A stretch of 64,000 nucleotides of DNA, taken from positions 35,518-99,517 of IMG/VR virus record IMGVR_UViG_2974720701_000001. One strand, given 5' to 3'. The stretch's first letter is position 1. Every line of letters starts with the position of its first letter. The translations under genes were made by a program, and so were the position numbers. The notes under the pieces were generated by a model, which was not told where the DNA came from, did not search any database, and was given only the letters and a program-made list of their open reading frames with translations. The stretch is from a virus (Duplodnaviria; Caudoviricetes). Of the stretch, positions 59,885 to 64,000 are shown piece by piece.

Positions 59885-60813
59885 CTCTTATATTTACTTG
59901 GGTCTGGTGGAGTAGGGTCTTGAACCTCTATACCCCATGGTCTATCTGGTGTATCATCATCAGCCATACGTATCCACACATCCATAGCCATATAGCTACC
60001 CATGAATCGCATATACTCTTCAGGGCCTTGTATAGCATACATCAGTCCGAACACATCCATCTCACGAGCAAGTATACCACCTGGGCGTACTATATGTAGC
60101 TCAGGTGCTTTCTGTTCTTTAGGCGCACTTGTGTGTTGTGTCTGCATTTTCTCTCTCTCTATCTGCGCCTTCTGTTCAGCTTCTTCCTGCTCTTTTATCA
60201 GTTTCTCAAATGCTTTTCTTGCTTTCTCTACCTCAGCCTGATGGGCATGTGTTGAATGATACCCTGGGTTAGGGTTTGGACCAGGTGGGTTAGGTGGGTT
60301 AGGGCTACTCTTATCAGCTTCAACAGCTGCTTCCTTATCTTGTAAGTCAGGTATAACCCATGGCCACTTATCTGCCATAGTCACATCATATATCACTTCC
60401 ATACCTAAGCAGTACTCAGGCATCTCATCTATATCTCTGTTCATACGTAGGTACTCAGGTAATCCTATTATCCATCCTCTACGTGTCCATGATGCATTAG
60501 GTGCATCACCACCAATACTATCACCAACCTTTAGGTTCTTAGCTTTAGCTAATATCCATTCTTTTGAATATGGTAAAGGGAATGGCTTAGGTGGGCTAGG
60601 TGGTTGAGGAACTCTAGGTATCTCTATTGGAGCTGGTCCCACTGGTCTATATCTTGTTGGACTAGGCGGATCAGGAGGCGTAGGAGGTGTAGGAGGTTCA
60701 GGTTCGGGTATAGGTATTGGGTATACCAAAAAATCATTCGTTGGTATATGTAATAAACGTTGAAATATCTCATTGTACTGGTTTACCCTTGACTTTATCT
60801 CCTTTATGTCCAT
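59881..60813 (-). CDS. Hypothetical Pro-rich protein
   Basis: 310 aa with PEP/PTP/PNP linkers separating two small Met/aromatic-rich units and a short coiled coil. Confidence 0.6.
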   Translation of the reverse strand: MDIKEIKSRVNQYNEIFQRLLHIPTNDFLVYPIPIPEPEPPTPPTPPDPPSPTRYRPVGPAPIEIPRVPQPPSPPKPFPLPYSKEWILAKAKNLKVGDSIGGDAPNASWTRRGWIIGLPEYLRMNRDIDEMPEYCLGMEVIYDVTMADKWPWVIPDLQDKEAAVEADKSSPNPPNPPGPNPNPGYHSTHAHQAEVEKARKAFEKLIKEQEEAEQKAQIEREKMQTQHTSAPKEQKAPELHIVRPGGILAREMDVFGLMYAIQGPEEYMRFMGSYMAMDVWIRMADDDTPDRPWGIEVQDPTPPDPSKYKR

Positions 60814-61117
60814 TGCTTATTGGTATTCGTTTAGTCTCTTTCTTTCCTGGTGGTGGTGGAGGAGGTGGTGGTACTACTGCAAATGAATAGTTTGTCCACT
60901 CTGTCCAATTACCATTCTGGTCTACGTATCTCCTCTTTGCTGTTACTGGATTAACAGACTCATCAATGAGGTACTGTATAATCTGAGGAGGGTCAGCACT
61001 ACCTGATGCGGCATGTACTAATAGTACAGCAGCTAGTTTTCTATCTGTATACACGGTATATATACCATTTTTCTTTATTAAATCCTTTGCATCATCTTGT
61101 ACAAATATTCTCTTCAT
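60770..61117 (-). CDS. Stand-alone tail-fibre knob-like domain protein, copy 1, with poly-Pro tail
   Basis: DLIKKNGIYTVY...VLLV...IIQYLIDES...KRRY....GNWTEW followed by a poly-Pro run; ATGA-coupled. Confidence 0.55.
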   Translation of the reverse strand: MKRIFVQDDAKDLIKKNGIYTVYTDRKLAAVLLVHAASGSADPPQIIQYLIDESVNPVTAKRRYVDQNGNWTEWTNYSFAVVPPPPPPPPGKKETKRIPISNGHKGDKVKGKPVQ

Positions 61118-61524
61118 GACAGCTCAGGTATCCATTTTTTGAATACAGATGCTATTAGGTTCTTATCCACCTTATCAGCATAGTTTCCTTCAAAGTGTAC
61201 TATAGCTAGAGCAATATCTTTTAGTTTGCTTAGTACATAGATATTCTCTGATGCTGTGTACCCAGTGAACTTAGTCACAAAGCGTATGTACGCCTCGGTA
61301 TCATTCTCACTTGGTGGTGCATAAGCTGTTATGAGCTTAGTTATTGTATTATGGCTCTTAGCTTGATGAACCATGTTAAGACACCCTGCACGTGTACCAT
61401 TGGTTAGGGTATCAAACATACAGAATCCTTCTGTTGTGCCTGTTTCCCCCTGCCATTTATCTTTTGTAGCCCTTAGAGACATTGGATTATTACTGTTCTT
61501 TAGACTTTCTAAGTATCTACCCAT
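61114..61524 (-). CDS. Lysozyme-like peptidoglycan hydrolase of the PM2 'structural protein P5' type (candidate endolysin)
   Basis: Start reassigned to the ATG at 61524 (MGRYLE). SNNPMSLR...WQG...F..F...GTRAG...TITKLITAYAPPSENDTEAYIRFV...AIVHFEG matches the NNPGNI/RA/WAP..ENDT..Y family pattern. Confidence 0.75.
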   Translation of the reverse strand: MGRYLESLKNSNNPMSLRATKDKWQGETGTTEGFCMFDTLTNGTRAGCLNMVHQAKSHNTITKLITAYAPPSENDTEAYIRFVTKFTGYTASENIYVLSKLKDIALAIVHFEGNYADKVDKNLIASVFKKWIPELS

Positions 61525-62203
61525 TTGTTTGATTATTTTGCGGATAACGCTGTGCCTGACCTTGTTGTTGTCCCTGTCGATATGCTTGTCCTTGACCTTG
61601 GTTGTAACCTTGGGTTTGACCTTGGTTCTGGGTTTGACCTTGAGGACGGGCTTGCGGTTGGGCTTGACGAGGTTGCGGCGGTCTGATTGGACCTCCTTGT
61701 CCTTGTGGCCGTTGTTGTCCTTGTTGATTACTACTTGGTGTGGCTTGCGGCTTGTTCTGACCTCCTTGTTGAATAGGTTTCTCAGGTGCATCAGGGACAA
61801 TGCGTTCCTCAATATTGAAGGTTGGCATAGCTGACTTTTTGAGAGGAATAATCCCAAACAGATGAGGTGCAGTCTCAGGCGGCTCCACGACGTTTGATCT
61901 AACTTCATACTGTATATAGAAGCCCCAGTTCGCTAGCTGACTTTCGGTTGGGTACTGAAATGTGTTATCAACCGTCATTGATTGCTGTGATCTGTGAAGA
62001 GATAAGAAGTTAGCTGTAGGAGTGTCATATATGAGTCCGAACTCGTCATCCTCAAAAACTAACTTGTAGCCTGTAAAATATACTATAGCAGGCTGTAAAT
62101 CATGCTTATTAAGCATACGGCCGGATATAAACTTGAATCTCAAGCCTAGACCGTCAGATATTACCTCTTTGGCGTCCTTATGTACCTTGATTAATTTTAT
62201 CAT
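61517..62203 (-). CDS. Degenerate dUTPase-fold protein with Gln/Gly-rich tail
   Basis: MIKLIKVHKDAK...VYFTGYKLVFEDDEFGLIY...TVDNTF aligns by eye with the neighbouring dUTPase (TGLYLAIPDGYVGFIV...VIDSDY) but lacks AGxDL, RSS, RIAQ and RGxxGxGSTG. Confidence 0.55.
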   Translation of the reverse strand: MIKLIKVHKDAKEVISDGLGLRFKFISGRMLNKHDLQPAIVYFTGYKLVFEDDEFGLIYDTPTANFLSLHRSQQSMTVDNTFQYPTESQLANWGFYIQYEVRSNVVEPPETAPHLFGIIPLKKSAMPTFNIEERIVPDAPEKPIQQGGQNKPQATPSSNQQGQQRPQGQGGPIRPPQPRQAQPQARPQGQTQNQGQTQGYNQGQGQAYRQGQQQGQAQRYPQNNQTNG

Positions 62204-62221
62204 TGTTTAAATTGTTTAGCG

Positions 62222-62229
62222 CAAACATA
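62222..62229 (-). promoter_or_regulatory. Bacteroidota -7 promoter element TAnnTTTG driving the 62203-57418 operon
   Basis: The minus strand reads TATGTTTG(CGC), a perfect TAnnTTTG, 18 nt upstream of the ATG at 62203. No clear -33 box. Confidence 0.6.
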
Positions 62230-62365
62230 AGAAAAAAATCTTTCTTTTTATGCATGTTTTAAATCAATTTCTACTGTCGTCAGACAAAGATAGTTATAAA
62301 TCAACAGAATATGAAATAGCATTTATTTGCATTTAGGTAAAATACTACCATTGATAATCAAGGAT

Positions 62366-62405
62366 AAAAAAAAGAAAGCAAGGAGAAAGGGGAAACTCCT
62401 TGCTT
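62366..62405 (-). terminator. Intrinsic terminator (minus strand)
   Basis: 10-bp stem AAGCAAGGAG / CTCCTTGCTT with an A-run on the + strand side (U-tract on the - strand). Confidence 0.7.
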
Positions 62406-62409
62406 GTTG

Positions 62410-62484
62410 GGGGCCTATTCAGAATAGAATTGAGTTGATATTATGAACGAACGTGAAACTGCGAAAAGCTCACGACACGGCCCC
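62410..62484 (-). ncRNA. Candidate small structured RNA between two terminators
   Basis: Terminal GGGGCC/GGCCCC pairing encloses the hairpins CGTGAGCT...AGTTTCACG and CTATT...AATAG; GC-rich ends in an AT-rich spacer. Confidence 0.3.
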
Positions 62485-62500
62485 GCACTGGTTACAGGAT

Positions 62501-62538
62501 AAGAAAAAAAATATAGGAAAGTTGCCTTTCCTATATTT
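62501..62538 (-). terminator. Intrinsic terminator downstream of the exonuclease gene
   Basis: 13-bp stem AAATATAGGAAAG / CTTTCCTATATTT with a 4-nt loop and an adjacent A-run. Confidence 0.75.
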
Positions 62539-62629
62539 GTCATGTGTTTATCGACGGCCACCACCACCACATTTATTAATGGCAGTACCATTCAATTTCT
62601 TCATATTGTTTATTGTCATTTAAGTATGC

Positions 62630-63643
62630 TCAAAGATAATCTATATTAACTGTAAAATCCAAGCCATTATTGTCATAATAGCCCTTGCCTCTCCCTATGT
62701 TCCTCTCTTTCAAGCAGCTTTTTATCTCTTCTAGCTTATCTCTTATCATCTGACATTCATACCCAATAGCCATGTTCAGCTGTATCAAATACACTGATGG
62801 ATTGGTTGTGTTCCTATCACTGCTGATATATATTATATCATGAAACAACCTGTATTCACTTGGATATACCTTATTCTTCTCCTTATGTGCTTCTATATGA
62901 GCATATAAGCCCATGCTATAGAATGCAAGCTGTTGTATATACCAGTTATTACGTTGTTGTACATTCTTAATAAACTCTTTTGGGCTCTTGCTACTGGTCT
63001 TTAGGTCTAGTATATGTATGTTACCATCCTTATCTTCTCTCACTGCATCAGCCATACATTTACATTTTATCCCTTCTTGCTCCCATCTATATTCCCACTC
63101 ATTTAACCCATCTGACCTGTATATGAGCTTATCAATCTCTTTGTGCTCTTCCATGGCTCTGACAATGCCTTTAAGCACATCATTCTCTTTCTCTGATATA
63201 ACTCCTCCACCTGCTTCTACATGCTTGATAATGGCTTTATAACCCTTCATTTCTTCATATAGTGCACGTGCTCTATTGAGTATCTCTTTCTTATCTAGAC
63301 CTGTGCATGTATAGCATCTCTTGTATGTATCCATTAGGTCTTGCTTAAAATCTATTGATGTATCTTCATCAGCAATGTTTCTTATAAAGTCCTCAGCATT
63401 CTTGCTCTTGGGCTTACTCTTATTAGCTATCATGTAGTTATTCTTAAACCTCTTAGGCTGTAGCACATACATATGTACTGCTTTACCCCATTCCATATAG
63501 CTATTTGTTTCCTCGCTTATGCCGTTATACCACACATCCCAGAACTTTATTGGGTCTTCTTGCCACAAGCCCAACAGCGAGTTATTTACGTGTTCTGTTA
63601 CTGCGAAGTAATCGGTTTCGTATAGGTCTCTCTTTATCCACAT
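62630..63643 (-). CDS. RecE/ExoVIII-like (DUF3799-type) PD-(D/E)xK exonuclease
   Basis: NNSLL...WGKAVHMYVLQP...NEWEYRW...KCKCMAD...ILDLKTS...YIQQLAFY. Likely start is the ATG at 63643 (TTG at 63658 is the alternative). Confidence 0.8.
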   Translation of the reverse strand: MWIKRDLYETDYFAVTEHVNNSLLGLWQEDPIKFWDVWYNGISEETNSYMEWGKAVHMYVLQPKRFKNNYMIANKSKPKSKNAEDFIRNIADEDTSIDFKQDLMDTYKRCYTCTGLDKKEILNRARALYEEMKGYKAIIKHVEAGGGVISEKENDVLKGIVRAMEEHKEIDKLIYRSDGLNEWEYRWEQEGIKCKCMADAVREDKDGNIHILDLKTSSKSPKEFIKNVQQRNNWYIQQLAFYSMGLYAHIEAHKEKNKVYPSEYRLFHDIIYISSDRNTTNPSVYLIQLNMAIGYECQMIRDKLEEIKSCLKERNIGRGKGYYDNNGLDFTVNIDYL

Positions 63644-63998
63644 GATTACCTTCTTCAATAATGTTTAACATATTAACTAAATCTTTTTCGTTTTTAATAA
63701 TTATATACTTATAGTTTGTCATGCCATTTATACATAGATAGTTCATGAATAGCTTCTTCTTAATCATGAACACCTCTGTTGCATAGCCTTTGCATTCAAT
63801 AATGTAATTGATATTGTTTTTAATTACAATAATGTCTGGAGTATACGTTATAGGCATATATTTCTTATTATCCCATGTAAATCCATCCATTATTGTAAAT
63901 GTTGTAGGCTCATAATGAGGATTGAGCTTCAATCCCTTGAGTATTGTGTATACGCGTGATTCTAGCTTTGAGCGGAACGCTATATCCGCTACTCTTAC
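63582..63998 (-). CDS. DUF1064/endonuclease-I-like PD-(D/E)xK nuclease (5' end outside the window)
   Basis: The frame is open to the window edge: ...DIAFRSKLESRVY...YEP...PITYTPDI...IIECKGYATEVFMIKKKLF. Confidence 0.75.
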   Translation of the reverse strand, partial: VRVADIAFRSKLESRVYTILKGLKLNPHYEPTTFTIMDGFTWDNKKYMPITYTPDIIVIKNNINYIIECKGYATEVFMIKKKLFMNYLCINGMTNYKYIIIKNEKDLVNMLNIIEEGNHVDKERPIRNRLLRSNRTRK

Positions 63999-64000
63999 AG

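Noticed and set aside
59383-61834. Plus-strand ORFs 59383-59739, 59481-59915, 59872-60099, 60002-60241 and 61373-61834
   Set aside because: They are antisense shadows of a coupled minus-strand operon with recognisable products.
61525-61908. N-terminal 128 aa of the 264-aa ORF 61114-61908
   Set aside because: It is an alternative-frame reading of the upstream gene and its QGQ repeat; the recognisable domain starts at the ATG at 61524.
62410-62484. Canonical tRNA-Ala or tmRNA
   Set aside because: No GTTCRA T-loop, no proper D or anticodon arms and no CCA; too short for tmRNA. Kept only as an unclassified structured element.

Overview
This window is part of a crAss-like (Crassvirales-type) phage genome with a probable Bacteroidota host, read in the standard genetic code. 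Bases 1-57150 (+ strand) form one tightly coupled virion operon. In order it encodes two auxiliary-capsid-like paralogues, a scaffold-like protein, the major capsid protein, a conserved gene-75-like protein, three tail-ring paralogues and the portal. Then come about 22 kb of unusual putative ejected-cargo genes interrupted by a ring-1/tail tubular gene, a 3481-aa virion RNA polymerase with a DNDGD catalytic loop, a 1551-aa cargo protein with a PD-(D/E)xK nuclease domain, and a 2085-aa muzzle/tail-stabilisation protein. A convergent minus-strand block (57418-64000) encodes a membrane protein, a fused IHF/HU-like protein, dUTPase, an HTH protein, two knob-like paralogues, a P5-like lysozyme, a decayed dUTPase paralogue and two PD-(D/E)xK nucleases. 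The most striking unexplained structure is a 13-residue tag, [AK][HY]GGx[VI][PRQ]R[YF]xxGG, present 16 times in five cargo ORFs. It usually precedes a Gly/Ala-rich hydrophobic helix and a variable payload, which suggests a modular, possibly processed system of tagged virion cargo cassettes. All family assignments come from motif recognition by eye; no database searches were run.
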